From: Takakia lepidozioides
Taxonomy: Eukaryota; Plantae; Bryophyta
NCBI GenBank assembly: GCA_030704615.1
Contig: CM060733.1
Span: 33,604,001 to 33,668,000 of the forward strand
Direction: 5' to 3'
Length of the DNA stretch: 64,000 bases
The notes under the pieces were generated by a model. That model did no database searches. It saw only the letters and a list, made by a program, of their open reading frames with translations, and had not been told where the DNA came from. The position numbers were made by a program, and so were the translations under genes. Shown one piece after another: positions 38,008 through 51,323 of the stretch (position 1 is the stretch's first letter; each line of letters begins with the position of its first letter).

Positions 38008-38720
38008 TGCTATGAACCCCCTGAGTTCCCTGGGGGACCCTGGGTGCACTAGAGGGGCTAGCTTCGAGTTGGCGTTTGATGATGATGATGGCTGTTAGGG
38101 AACGGAGTGATGTAAGATGGATTGCTTTGAAACATTGATGGATTGGGAGAATGAGAATTTTGAAGTTATCATGTAAATCATTGATACTGGCGTTGTGTAT
38201 GCCACCTCGGGTTCCGGCAGTGATGACTGTGAGTGGGTCAGTCTTCCATATCTGCCGACGAATTGCAAGAATGAGTGGGGCGTATTTTTGTCGTTTTTCC
38301 AGGATTGAATCGTGGGGGTATCGATCATGGCAGAATGTAAACTCGATAAAGTGGATAATGAACTGCGGGGATGGTGAACTAGGTGGCGAGGCTTGATTGG
38401 GTAGTCCCTGGATAATGAATATGTCCGGGCAGAGCCGGGCAGGGCATGAACAGGGTACTCGGGTGTATTTGCATGGTAGAAGGCATGGATCTGGTGGCCT
38501 CCCTTGGAAGGTACTGGCGTTAATGAGTGTGAACCATCGGGTTTTGGCGCGTTTTGTGAATAGTTTGTGAAGATGTCAAACTGCTTGGTTGTGTCGGGTG
38601 ATATAAAGACCATGGATAACCGGGTGCGTGCACTGGCTCAGGAGGTGTGGCCAAGTATCACGTGCATTGTGAGTTGTGGAGCACAGTGGGCAGTAAGGTG
38701 ATGGAAAGAGATGTGGCGTC
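37852..38720 (-). mobile_element. Second Dualen-like RLE LINE 3' fragment, convergent with the first
   Basis: YCPLCSTTHNARDTWPHLLSQC..RHNQAV..ARLCPDIF..IEFTFCHDR..KYAPL..PLTVITAGTRGGIH..KRQLE. Structured end at 37852-37927 and (TA)n at the 5' junction. Confidence 0.8.
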
Positions 38721-39499
38721 ATATATATATATGATCGTTGAACTATCCTCCCTGTCTTGCTTCATATAGTGATAATTCACATAATTACATGGAATATATT
38801 AATCATATTATATATACTGGGTGCAAAACGTTTCAAAAGTTGGCTAGAATTTAGGGTTACTAGGTCGCAGTGTACAAGGCTGGGACTTCGTGTTTTTTTT
38901 GGGCGTACGCGTCTTCTTTGGCCAAAGCATCGTAGTAGCCAAAGCATCGTCGATTACTGCTTACAGCATCTTAAGCAAAGATCTTTGAGTTTAATCACTC
39001 TTGCTTCCACAGCAGAAGCAACCAGAGCTTTAGCGTGATCGAGAAGTAAGTCTTGAAAGTGCACGGTTCTTGTTTGTACACGGAGAAGAGGTCTGTCACG
39101 TCAAGGAGGAGAATAGACCCCTGCTTGAGGAGGAGGGCGAGGTCGGCGCTCATGGTGGTCATGGCGCTCATAAGAAGCAGCCCGTGCTGAGGAACAAGTG
39201 GTTGGGCAGCGCGAGAGCATGACGGCGAGGATTACTCCCGGTGTGGGAGCTAATCATTTGGGCCAGCATGTACCTGGGCACAACCGAAGACGCCACTGCT
39301 TACGCTGGAAACCTGGATTCCCAGGTGTTGCTTTCGTTCCCTTCTATTTCCTTTCTCGTGCAAAAGCTACTCGGGTAATTTCACCGGGGTTGGGTTTGTG
39401 CCTGTATGGGAAAATAGCATTGATCCTGGGTCGGTGGAAAGGAAGTTAGGCATAAAACCTCCCTGAACCTGTTTTCAACCTGTGACAAAGGCAAGGACC

Positions 39500-39897
39500 T
39501 TAAGGACGGTCTCTATGGCCTACCTACCCTTGTCACTAGACTGCAATATAAACTCGGGGTGGGAAACCTATCTTTGAATAGTAAACAGATGCAGAGAGGA
39601 ATAAAAGATTCTACAATCAAGAACATAGTCTCAGCACCTTTGTTCACCAACTTTCAAAATCTTGAGGCTGAGCCTAAGCCCCAACCCTGTTGGGATCTAA
39701 CTTTTGGGCTGCTCACACTCAGCAGGTTGATGCAAGGCCTTTCTTGAGGATATCTGGCCCAACTAATTTTTTGTATCAAGGTAAGTCATACTATTAGAGG
39801 GAGCCCCTCTCGAAGGTAGTTTTTGGTCCCTTTTGTTCCACCCAAACTGGGCGCATGGCCTGTGGCCACAAGGCTACGGCAAACAACGTCTTATGAG

Positions 39898-39943
<46 letters not shown>

Positions 39944-40326
39944 ACTAGACTGAAATTTAAATTCAGTAAGAAGCCTACCTTTGATCAGCAAACAGGCGTA
40001 GAGGTGAAAGGGGTATAACAAATGCCGGTTGTGTGGGCAACCTGAAGACGATATCAACTTTCTGATTCATTGTCTTGGGTACTCTCTGGTGAGAGTTACC
40101 CTCTTCAATTCCATCAAATTGTTCTGTCTATAACCAACTTTGACAATCTTGAAGGGATATGATCTGCATAACTTGGATCAATTGTCTCTTTCAAGTTAAG
40201 TCATACTACCGGCATCAGCCCGTGACAAAGGTAGCTTCTGTCCCTTTCTCTTCTGCTCAAACTGGGCGCCGGGTCAACGGCCACAAGGCTACGGCAAACA
40301 ATGTCATATGAGTACATTCTCTCTCT
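39500..40326 (+). mobile_element. Two head-to-tail RTE-X-like LINE 3' fragments (~39500-39902, 39941-40326) separated by (TC)n
   Basis: Homologous to 55500-56063. Both end GGCTACGGCAAACAA(C/T)GTC(T/A)TATGAGTACA followed by (TC)n. Confidence 0.75.
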
Positions 40327-40519
40327 TGGAGGGGGTTCTGTCATAGCCATGTCTGATGCCAAAAGACTGTGTATTGAAAATGAAATACGTTGGGCATAAA
40401 ACTTGGGGGAAAAGGGTAGAAGAGATTTTCAAATATCTGAATGATATCAGTCCAGATGAGGCTGACATGGAGGGTTTCTGTCAAAGCCATGTCTGATGCC
40501 CAAAGACTGTCCGTTGAAA

Positions 40520-40660
40520 ATGAAGTTAGGCATGAACTTCCCTGAACTTCTTTCCAGTTTATGACATCTTGACCAATAATTCCAGCTTTGATGATTTCAC
40601 CATGAACCTCTTGCCCTTTTCCAGGATTGCCAGGTTTGTACACGTCTTGCAAATACAAAC
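40520..40660 (-). pseudogene. PPR fragment
   Basis: KGQEVHGEIIKAGII resembles a PLS-PPR L motif. Confidence 0.45.
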
Positions 40661-40664
40661 CAAC

Positions 40665-41936
40665 AACCTTTTTTGAGTGAAGATATAGGTATAGAAAAGT
40701 GGGCCTTCTTATTTTGTTCATTCCCTGGATAATCTGACTTAGAGTGAGGATCTGGTCAGTGCAGCCGGGCCATGGTGGTTCAAGTTTATGTCTTGGCCAG
40801 ATTTTTTACACTATATATATAGAGAGAGCCCGTACAAACTAGTTAACATCTTTGTGCAATTGGTAGTAGTGACAACACTGCTCTTTGGCCTTCCATTTGC
40901 TGTAACTGGTGCCTACTCATGTGCCTGTCTCTTAACAATCTCAAGGTTGGTCCTTAGTGATTCATGACGCCTCTGAACTTCAGTCCCAGCCAGTGTTCAT
41001 ACAAAGTTTCCTTGCTGATAATTTTGGAAGTGCTCATGCCATAGTGCGTCAACACCTTTTTGAGTGAAGATATAAATGTAGGAAAGTGGGGTTTTCTTCT
41101 TTTCACTTTTTCCTAATTCCTTGAATAATCTGACTTAGAGTGAGGATCTGGTCAGTGTGCAGCGTGGCCATGGTGGTTCAAGTGTATGTCTTGATCAGTT
41201 TTTTTACAAATACCTTCTTCTGAGCCCTTACAAACTGGTTAACATCTTTGTGCAATTGATAGTAGTGACACCATGGGTCTTTGGCCTTCCATTTGCAATA
41301 ACTTGTGCCTAATAAAGTACCCACATCTCTCAGTAATGTTGAGGTTGGTTCTTAGCCTTCACGTTGCCACTGAATTTCAGTCCCAATCAGATACTTTGTT
41401 CATACCAAAGTTCCTTGCTTTCAATTTGGAAGTGCTCACGCCATAGTGTCATAAGCTTTTTTATCCTCCAAGATATAGGAAAGTGGGCCTTTTTATTTTG
41501 TTCCTTCCCTGGATAATCTGACTGAGAGGGAGGATCTGGTCATGGATGCCTAGCCATGGTGGTTCAAGTGTATGTCTCGGCCAATTTTCTTCCAATCAAC
41601 CTTCTTTTCACCCCTTACAAGCTGGATAACATCTTTAATGTGCAATTGGTACGTAGTGGTGACACCACAGGTCTTTGTCATTTTTTGCTATAACTTGTCC
41701 CTTCTCATGTCCTGTCTCTCAACAATCTCAAGGTTGGTCCTTAGCCCTCGTGTTGCCTCTGAATTTCAGTCCCAGCCGCAAAAGCTCCTTGCTGATAATT
41801 AGAAGTGCTCACTCCATAGTGTGTCATGTACAAGCCTTTTTGAGTGAAGATATAGATATAGGGAAATGGGTCTTTTTTTTTCCCTTCCTGGATAATCTGA
41901 CTTAGAGTGAGGATCTGGTCATGGTGGTTCAAGTAT
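40665..41936. repeat. Diverged tandem repeat of ~390-bp units (about 3.3 copies)
   Basis: ATAATCTGACT(T/G)AGAG(T/G)GAGGATCTGGTC recurs at ~40728, 41124, 41512 and 41891. Confidence 0.85.
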
Positions 41937-42777
41937 ATTTCATCACTAGGAGAGTGTTGTGGTTCTAGCTTGGGCCATTCACACACCTCCGGTTGTTTAT
42001 CATTTCTGTCAATGACTTGCACTTCACTGTCGTTTCATTTTCCTTGAGCCTTTTAGCTTGTGTTTGTACCACTGTTATGAGTGGTATTTCATTTCTGCCC
42101 CACTTCTTATCTTGCTTCTTCTCAGTTTGCTGGATTCCTTTGGCAGCACAGGTTTGGATAGTGGACAACCATCTCATCTCATTGCCACCACTTGCCTCCT
42201 TCCTTTCCTCTTCCCAATCGTGCTTGCTCATTCATGTACACAATCTGAAACCATCAAGGTGCTCTGGAATTACCTGCAGCATGGTGCTTTCATCTCTGAA
42301 GCTGAAGATCGAATGCCAAGGTCTACCACCTCGTAACCCACATCGCCTCCGCTTCTAACAACCAAGAACTCCACGGTGCTCCTTGCATAACAACCTGGTT
42401 TCTCTCATTCTCAAGCAAAAACCACAAGTGCTACAACTAACTCGTATCTGGCACTCACAGATACGAACTCATTTTTCTCGAGTGATAAAGAAGAAGAATA
42501 CAAGCACGAGCTCACAAATTTGAAGCATAAACTCATGCATATATAATCTTATCATTCAAATACAAGTCAAGCCAAGTGCACCCCACGCCATGGGGAATCC
42601 ACACTACGGCGCCATAGCTATGCGCGGTGAGGCTCAACTCGAGAAAGATGAGCCTCCCGGGCTTGCCGTGAAGATAACCACTCCAGGGCCTAAATCTGCC
42701 TTGACCCCTGGATTGACACTTGGGCCAATCCCAAATGTCAATATGTAAAAGCTAGCTATTTCCTAGCTAGTTTCACA

Positions 42778-43600
42778 CTAGTGGTAAAATAACTTGACAG
42801 GGATGAAGAGTGCCTTGTGGTGATTTGTCCCGAAGGTTGCAACGATACGTGCATGGCCTAATTGAAGCATTCGCTTCTTCTGCCACTCAGTCTGTATGCC
42901 GATTGTGAATGTTAAGTCGTCATCGTAGTGCTTGAATGTTGGCGCCAATTTTTCCTCTTGATAGAAGAAGACCGATTTCGGGTTCTGGTCTTTCCACATG
43001 CGGACACTCTCCGCATCGTTGGCATGTTTTTTGAACGTTTGCCACGCCCGTTTCTCGACCAGGTTGCGCACATCCTGCTCTAGCAAAAAATCATCCCGTG
43101 TCCATGCATCCCCCAACCCAGTGTTGTTCATGACGTGCTCTTTATGTTCCATCATGATTTGGGCGACTGACAGGCCTCGGCACAGACACTCCATGACCCA
43201 TGCTTTCAATTCCTCGCTAATGTGTGGTGCGTAGGCGTGGCGAGTGTTCCTGAACTCAACAGACTTCCCATGACAGGGGTTCTCTTTCGCGTCTATATGC
43301 TCCATATTGTTGTAGTACGTGAGGACACAAATGTCGGGGGCGAGATAGCATTGCTGGACCTTGAAACAGCATTGGCAACCATGCTTGTAAGACTCTCCAT
43401 ATTCTGACTTCTTTCTCTTTGGGCTTTTATGAGGGTGAGATGTTCCAGCACCCAAAAGATGTCATTTTCAGTTTTGGATCCTCCACTATCGCATTGTTGG
43501 TGCGTTTGTCATCAGGACCATAGCAGCATTGATACCTAGACATAAAAATCACAATGGATATCCATCGACTTCTGGAAGCATGAAATCACAGAACGTGGGT
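42778..43600 (-). mobile_element. MULE-type transposase remnant (SWIM-family related)
   Basis: GCQCCFKV..HIDAKENPCHG..APHISEELKAWV..RDDFL..DVRN..DAESVRMW..FFYQE..FTIGIQTEWQ..ATFGTN. Confidence 0.75.
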
Positions 43601-44199
43601 ACGAAAAATGGCAACAGACATGCAATCAGACTACAAAAGGACGATGAGGAACCCCCATATTTTGCTACCTTCTGAAGTGTACTAGATCTTTTGAGCTTGC
43701 GTTTTCATTCCATGGTCTTGATAATTTCTGCTCCAAAGAAGTGTTGATCACTCCTCTGTTCTCCAACAGGGCTGTCCTTGCTCCTCGCGACATTTTCTGC
43801 CATGCCCACCTTGTGCCAGGTTGTGTTTCCATACTCAACTTCCTCTTGTTTTTCTTTCAGCTTTCCTCGTTCTTGCTCATAATTTCCCTTGCCAATGGTC
43901 TTCTTTGAAAATTCTGCTCTTGAAAATTGTTGGCTGCTATTCTGTTCTTTCTCCCTTTCTTGTTTACTCACTCCTGCTTTTGGCCTGCCACAGGACTGGC
44001 CCTCATCTGCACTGCTCACCTTTGATGGCGCTTGTGCCATGTTGACCCGGTTTTGTGTACAAGCTCTATCTGGGAATTTCAGCCACGATACTTGAATGTG
44101 GAGGAGATCAACCTTGAGTTTGTACAAGATCTCGCGGACAAAATGTCAACCATAGTTTGCAAGGTATGGACACATGGTGGATACTTGAATATTAACCCT

Positions 44200-44420
44200 C
44201 TTCAGCATCTGAGTATGGGGCTGTTGGGGAGTAGATAGTTCACTTGCATTTGCTGCACAGGTCTTTTGGACTGGCATCACTTATTCTTCTCACTTATGTC
44301 CAGTGACTGGATGAGGATTGTCATGTCCAGTGCAGGGCATTTGGATGAGGCAGAGGAGTTTATCCACGACATGCCATTTGAACCAGGTGCTACTGTATGG
44401 GGGGCCTTGCAGGGCAAAGT
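44200..44420 (+). pseudogene. PPR E-domain fragment
   Basis: AGHLDEAEEFIHDMPFEPGATVWGALQG. Confidence 0.75.
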
Positions 44421-45620
44421 CGTTCCTGTGAATACTTTGTTGTCACGGTGAATGCTGTTTGCAGGAGATGTTGGGTTGCCATACCCTGACAATGATGTTC
44501 GCCCTCCCCATAGAATGCTCAGTGACACTGTGGGCAGCACCACCCTGTGGTCTGCCAAGTTCCTAAAACTGACCCACAAATGAGGTTGTGGGAGATCCAC
44601 ACTTGTGAGGCAATTTTGACTGAACGCCTCTTCTTTTGGAGTTGTTATTTTGGAGATGATGAGAGCATATGCTGCCACACTATCAAGTAGGAGTTGGGTT
44701 GATTGTCTGGTTGTCAGCAGTGCAACCTCTGCATTACTTACATGTTGAAACTTTTGCCTATTTGGGCAATGAATCACGTATTTAATTTTGGCTACCTCAT
44801 TGCATGTTTTCAGTTTTTGTTCATGTTTCATGTTTCAGTTTCATGTTCTAGCCAGACGTAGATTGTTCTTCATGACATCAGTAGGTTTCATCTGCGATGT
44901 CTCCGTGTGTTTAGCTATAGGTATCCTATTTCACATGAATGTACATTGCCTCTTCGTAGCCATACACGTGTCGTCCTCACAAAAATATACGTGTTACCCA
45001 GATGTCGTCAAACCCTGGTGACAGACTGTCGCACAATTTTCCCGTAGGTGTGGAAAAGTCCACACCCTTTGTACCTTTAGGATTCATGTGGCGGTGTTTG
45101 CCAAAGCACACGTAGCCCCTGAAACGAGTGAAAACAACACACCTTGTCATCTCACACCGAATGGCTTTTATCACGCCCACCTGCAACCTGTGGAAAAAGC
45201 CAACATGGATTTTTCCACAAGGCCATCCGAGAGCCAGGCTGTCCACGGGTGTCTGAAAGCATTGGTCGTTTCAAAAATTAAACAAGCGTCATTTGCGCGT
45301 GAAAACTATGTTTCAGCGCGTAGCAAAATGTTTTGGTTGGGAATAGATCGACGCTTGGGGCTGAAACTATTTCCACATCATCTTGTCTCCTTTTTAACCA
45401 CACACAAAAAAACCCTTCTCAAATAGCGTTCGATTTCGGCTTTGTTATGTTCGCTGAAGGTACTTCACATAGCAAAAACCCAGTTGGCCGCTAACGCTGG
45501 ATAAAACCTCTTTAGGATTTCTGGTAGAAGATCGAGACTCATTGGAAGCTCCTTGAATTGAATTCACACCAAAAAATGGAAGTGCCCTTCTGGGAAAAAG
45601 AGATCATTGCCGGCAGTCTG

Positions 45621-48600
45621 TGTCGCGCATCTCACTTCGGTAAGCTCCCCCTTCAAGTCATAGTTACTCGCTTTGATGCGCGCGCCTAATTCCCAACCTG
45701 GCCGCTGGACCAACTCGGAGCTTCGGCTGCCCACCGAGACATAACGGTCCCCCTTTACTCTTCCAAAAGACCCTCCATCAATTTGGGCCTAGTGGAAATT
45801 CCCTTTGGTAGATGGCAGTCCGGAATAACTCCCCACTCCTTGGTCGTTTTCCGGCTTGCTCGCTCACTCACTAGTTTTTGGTCACCAACGGGCTTGCACC
45901 GTTCTCGGGGTTACTACTCCATATATATACTTATGTGACTGTCCGCGGGGGTTTCACAAACAACCCTGTCATTTTATGGCGAACCACCACGAAGACCCTC
46001 GACTCCCGATGATGAGTTGCGGTGAGTCTCGGCCCACCCACCAACGGCCCCATTGGACCGTGATGAGTCCCAAGACTCCCCACGACTCCCACCACAAGGT
46101 CTCCGCCCCATGGTAAGTCCTATGCCACCCCCACTAAGTCCCACTAAGCTACCACCACCCCTTGTGGAGCCACCCCCACCTCGTGTGCGGGGCTCGACCT
46201 AGTGAGCGCCTCCTCCTCCTTGAGTGCCTTGGGCACTCAAAGGTGCTTCAGCCTCCCGTACCTATTGCTGCCACCGCCCCCATCACAAGGGCAGCCCCTC
46301 TGCGTCCCTACCCCCTGCCCTCAAGGCAAAGGGCCGCGACACACACCCCTTACCAACAGGGAGTCGATGTCCTCATCGACTTGTCCATTTTGTAGAAACT
46401 AACATCCAAGTTGTGGCGTCCCACATCAAGGAGTTTGTTTCCGTACCATGGCGTCCCATGGCAAAGAACCAAACCCCCACTTGACTCTATTCTCCACTAG
46501 CTAGTTCGGCCGACTTCCTCCAAGTCCCGGCCAAGGGTGGAACCTCTCAAGCTCCACCCAGTGCACTCTTCTTGGCCTACTTCAAGGCCAAAGAACGATC
46601 TTCCGCGAGAATCGAATGGTCTTACTGCAACAACATTGCTTGCGACCGCTCATGATGCCGCTTTTGGCATCACCTTGAATCCTTTTATATTAGGAAGAGA
46701 ACCTTGAACCAACCGTGCACCCCAATCACTACAATTGGGTCCGCCTTGGAATGCTGGCCTGAGGTACGGGAACACGCCGAAGCCACACTACGACTTCGTC
46801 CCAAGGCTACACGATTATAGTACGTGAACGGAAGCACGTAGCTTTCGCGTTAGCCCGCACTACAAGGCAACCCCCTCGGTAGCGCAGTTATAGTACGTAC
46901 ACGCGTTAGGTGCGCATTAGCACGTGAACTCCCAAAGAAGGCACAAGTTTCTTTGCTCCTCGGATGGGAGTCACCCGATTTCGACACTATGCAAACACAC
47001 GATTAATCCAATTTACCTCTCTCACTTTTGTAAGCTAGCATGCATTCGACACACTAGCCAACCATACCATGCATCACCATTCCAAACAAAATAGGAAGCA
47101 CAACATTTGGAAACCATTTCATTTATAATAGATTTTGTACAACGCAAGTTTTTGCAATCGGATTCCTGAGCTAACTAAGCCAGGCTAAGCATGCATTTCC
47201 TCCCCCATAATCCAAGGTTGATGTCCCCATCAACGCTTCTTCCGCTTTTGAGGTCGCCCTTCGAAAGCTGCAACCGCCTCGGATGCGTTTCTCATTTCTG
47301 AGGCACGCACCCAAGATGGCTCCACATGATGATAGCTCTTCCATTTTACGAGATACTCCGTTTCTCGATTCTTGAACCTCCTCGACTTAAGCACTGCCTC
47401 CACCTCGTACTCATGTTCATTTTCATGATCCAACAGCACAGGTGGTGGACGCAACACTTGATGCCGATTCGGACGCGCTTCATCTTTGAAGTAAGGCTTC
47501 AAAAGGGAGACGTGAAATATCGGATGCACCTTGCTGTTTGCCGGTAGCTCCAATTCATACACATCCTCATTCATAACCTTCCAGATGCAAAAGAGTCCCG
47601 CATATGGAGGTACAAATTTCAGACTCACTTCCTGAGGTAGTCGAAAATTCTTGATGTTCAACGAGACCTCCGTACCTACCTCAAACTTAACTTCCCTCCG
47701 CTTCCGATTCGTCTGCCGTTCATACCGTTTCCTAGCTTTGGCAATGTTGTACTTTGCAAGCTTCAACAAACGCTCGCGTTCTTCCAACACCGCTGTTGCT
47801 GCCAGTTCCTCAACGTCTTGGGCGGCCCAACTTGTCGGCACCAGAGGTGCTTTTCCATAGACCAATACGAAAGGGAAAACTCCCATTGCGGAGTGTTTTG
47901 TGTCTCGCTTTCAAAAGCATGAATCACCTCCTCAAATTGCCGCTTCAGTGACACGTCGCCCCCATCGGGCTCACCAGGATCATCATCTTTCGGGCAGTTC
48001 CGCTTTCACTTTCGCTTGCCCAACCTCATGATGAGGCCGATCTCAAGGACGATCGCATACTGAACTCTAAGCTCTGATACCAAGTGTCGCACACCTCACT
48101 TCGGTAAGTTCGCCCTTCAAGTCATAGTTACTCGCTTTGATGCGCGCGCCTAACTCCCAACCTGGCCGCCGGGCCAACTCGGAGCTTCGGCTGCTCACCG
48201 AGACATAATGGTCCCCCTTTACTTTTCCAAAAGACCCTCTACCAATTTGGGCCTAGTGGAAATTCCCTTTGGTAGATGGCAGTCCGGAATAACTCCCCAC
48301 TCCTTGGTCGTTTTCCGGCTTGTTCACTTACTCACTAGTTTTTGGTCACCAACGGGCTTGCACCGTTCTCGGGGTTACTACTCCCTATATATACTTCTGT
48401 GACTGTCCGCGGGGGTTTCACAAACAACCCTGCCATTTTATGGCGAACCACCACGAAGACCCTCGATTCCCGGTGACGAGTCGCGGTGAGTCTTGGCCCA
48501 CCCACCACGGCCCCATTGGATCGTGATGAGTCCCAAGACTCCTCACAACTCCCACCACAAGGTCTTCGCCCATGGTGAGTCCTATGCCACCCCCACTAAG

Positions 48601-48808
48601 TCCCACTAAACTACCACCACCCCTTGTGGAGCCACCCCACCGCAACCCGGTGTGCGGGGCTCGACCTAGTGAGCGCCTCCGCCTCCTTGAGTGCCTTGGG
48701 CACTCAAGGGTGCTTCAGCCCCCCGTACCTATTGCTGCCACCGCCCCCACCACAGGGGCAGCCCCTCTGCGTCCCGACCCCTTGCCCTCAAGGCAAAGGG
48801 CCGCGACA
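45621..48808 (-). mobile_element. Internally deleted Gypsy chromovirus, family A. LTRs 45621-46341 and 48085-48808
   Basis: TSD GTCTG on both sides, PBS TGGTATCAGAGC, PPT GGTAAGGGGTGTG. The gag start is fused at ~47905 to integrase C-terminus + chromodomain (HPIFHVSLLKPY, EYEVEAVL..YLVKW). Confidence 0.95.
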
Positions 48809-49049
48809 GTCTGCTACTTGCCGCACTGTAGTGTCTGTTTTGCATGAATGAACTTGGGAACCCATGCTTGATCCCTGTCACTTATCCGAGCATGGAAGTG
48901 AAATTGTATCATGAGCATGCGTGCTCCATGCCTCCAGCGTCCTCATCAACTGCATTGAAGCAATGTGGAAATTTCTACCTGACAGATTGCGAGACCGTTG
49001 TCAACCGTGTCGTTGAACTAATTACCCAGTGGGTAGTTTGTCATTGAGG

Positions 49050-50460
49050 TCAAGCTCTCCTAACTTGCCTCTGCTTGAAGAGATTGTGTGGAGCTTGGAG
49101 AAGAGTACAGAGAAGCAAGACACGGAGACTGACTATAGTCTTGACGTCGTTATCTATTGTTATGCACTCCAGCCATGAGCTTCCGATCCACACTGCGAGA
49201 GATGCAAGCTCCAGGCATGCCATGAATAGCGATGGGATGTTGAGGTAAAGAACAGGCAGACCGTTGCATGCAGTCATTTAATCGGCCCCTAGATGTTCGA
49301 ACGATCGACTAAAATCGCACGCCCTGCTGCTCCCTGCAGGTCCCAAAGTCATATAAACTCCTGAGCGCTTTGGCTTCAGGGAGGTCGCAAACATCTTCCA
49401 TTTGCAGGACATACCGGTAGTTGTGTCGATGTTTCGCCGTTTCTGATACAAATAGTCATTATTCTTCGCTGTCTGTGTACAATTCGGCTCTCCTGGCTCA
49501 AAAACACTCAAAAAACAATCCGCGCATTTTTTACACTCCTGATCAATCTTAAGCCAGAAAGCTACCCGAACAACCAAACGAATGACCTTCTCCTTGGCGA
49601 TTAAGGTGTGCACAGGATAATCAGTAACCACAGCACTGGGCAAATGAACGCCAATGCGTTCTAAGCGGAAGACGACACCAGGATAAATGAGAACGTCATT
49701 GACCGTGTGGGGGAAAGCGCGAGACTGAATCCCTACCACATAATCTTCCCAAGTGATGTCAACCCCGTGCTCTGGCTTCCAGGTGGGTCGCAGGCTGGCC
49801 AATACCAGGGAGCTACCTCCACGCACCAGTTCCCACAAGCGTTCAAGACTGGGCCTCTTAGGTGGCAAGAAGCTCTTGAATTCAGTGTCAGTTCACCAGC
49901 AACAGTAAACTGAGGTATGTCAGGTTCAGCCCAACTGATCATGAGCTTGTCACCAGCAACTAAACGAGCCTTCGCAGTAGCTAGTGGTAGTTTCAACCCA
50001 ATCTCAGCTGCGTAGAGGCGTTGCGTGATCTGGCTGCCCGGGCCCCTTGGAACGTCTGAATACACTTCCTCCTTTCTTTCTCCGGGGTACTCGTGGGTTT
50101 CAGCCCTTCCAGAGCAGCAGTCAACTCAAATTGCCAGACCCAATGGTCAGATGGCGTATCCAAAATGAACTCAGGCCGCTCAATGGGTTGATCAAGGGGA
50201 GGGTAGTCTACTTCCACCACCAGCTTAGGATCCACAGTGCCACGAGGAACACCAGCAAAGACGGCTTCAAAGTTGCCCTCAGCCGTCTCCTTGTAAGCGT
50301 TGAGGTCATCTCAGTAGAAGGGCGAGACGACGATGTCATTGTTGCAAAACGCACGAACACAACAAAACAAGGAGAACAGCAAAGCAGCACAGACGAGAAA
50401 GAGAAACACAAATGCAAACTGAGAGGCGCCGCCATTGTCACCCTGTCAGTGTACAACAAC
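49050..50460 (-). pseudogene. Frameshifted, intron-poor coding remnant of unknown family
   Basis: Overlapping protein-like ORFs 49993-50235, 49733-50065 and 49278-49868 on one strand; no recognised motif. Confidence 0.35.
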
Positions 50461-51323
50461 CTGTCGTACCAACAGCGAATGAGCAGGAAATGAGTACGAG
50501 ATCTTGCAACCCGTCTCTCCCAAGATTCTGCACCACCGGGTTTATTCCACTCCTCTGCAGTATGTGCTAGTGACAGGCGATGTTATGGTAAAGCGTGCCT
50601 GCGAGGAAGGAAGGATCTACACGATGAAGAGTCTAGGTACCACACTACGTCACATATTCATCCAGCGTTGTCACACACTCGTACACAAGTTAAGCACATT
50701 GAAAGTACACCGGGCCGTTTAGGCTTCCAGGTAATCCTTTAAATAAAGCCAGGAGGCTAATCTTATCAGACAGAGTTGCCACTTGTGATTGGCTATACAA
50801 AGGTGATACCATCCGGCTTCTGCAAGCCTTCATCCTGCATTTGTTTGAATAGTTGTAGGGCCTCCATGGCACACCCATGGAGCTTGTGTAAGCCTGCACT
50901 TACTTGTGGATGCTTTTACTGATAGCTAGAATATTGGAGGGGGGACTGTGATTTTAAGTTATTGTCCCTTTTCATTGTTTTCTACGCACATCTAGGAGTC
51001 CCAGGTGCAGGTCTTCCACAAGTTTCCATGTATTCCAGTGTAAGCTTGTGCGGTGGTCGATCTCTCATGAATTTGTCTTGTGGCACGGGTGTCGGAGGAG
51101 AAGCTCATTTCATTGTTGGAACAAATCAATGAACAGACTCAAAAAACAACCAAAGTCACAGTAAGCTTTTCATCTTACAACTTGATCCCACATCATTTAA
51201 ACTACATCAAATGTGGAAGAGATTGTAAGATTTGTGCTCCCTTGATGTAGAAACTAGTATCTCCCTTAGATGGATGTGATCTTGTTGCTCCTGATTTGTA
51301 ACACTTTACTCTCTTATCACAAA

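Noticed and set aside
38050-38075. Sixth copy of the GCTAGCTTCG hairpin
   Set aside because: It is simply the antisense of the LINE coding sequence RQLEAS; the rest of the motif is absent.
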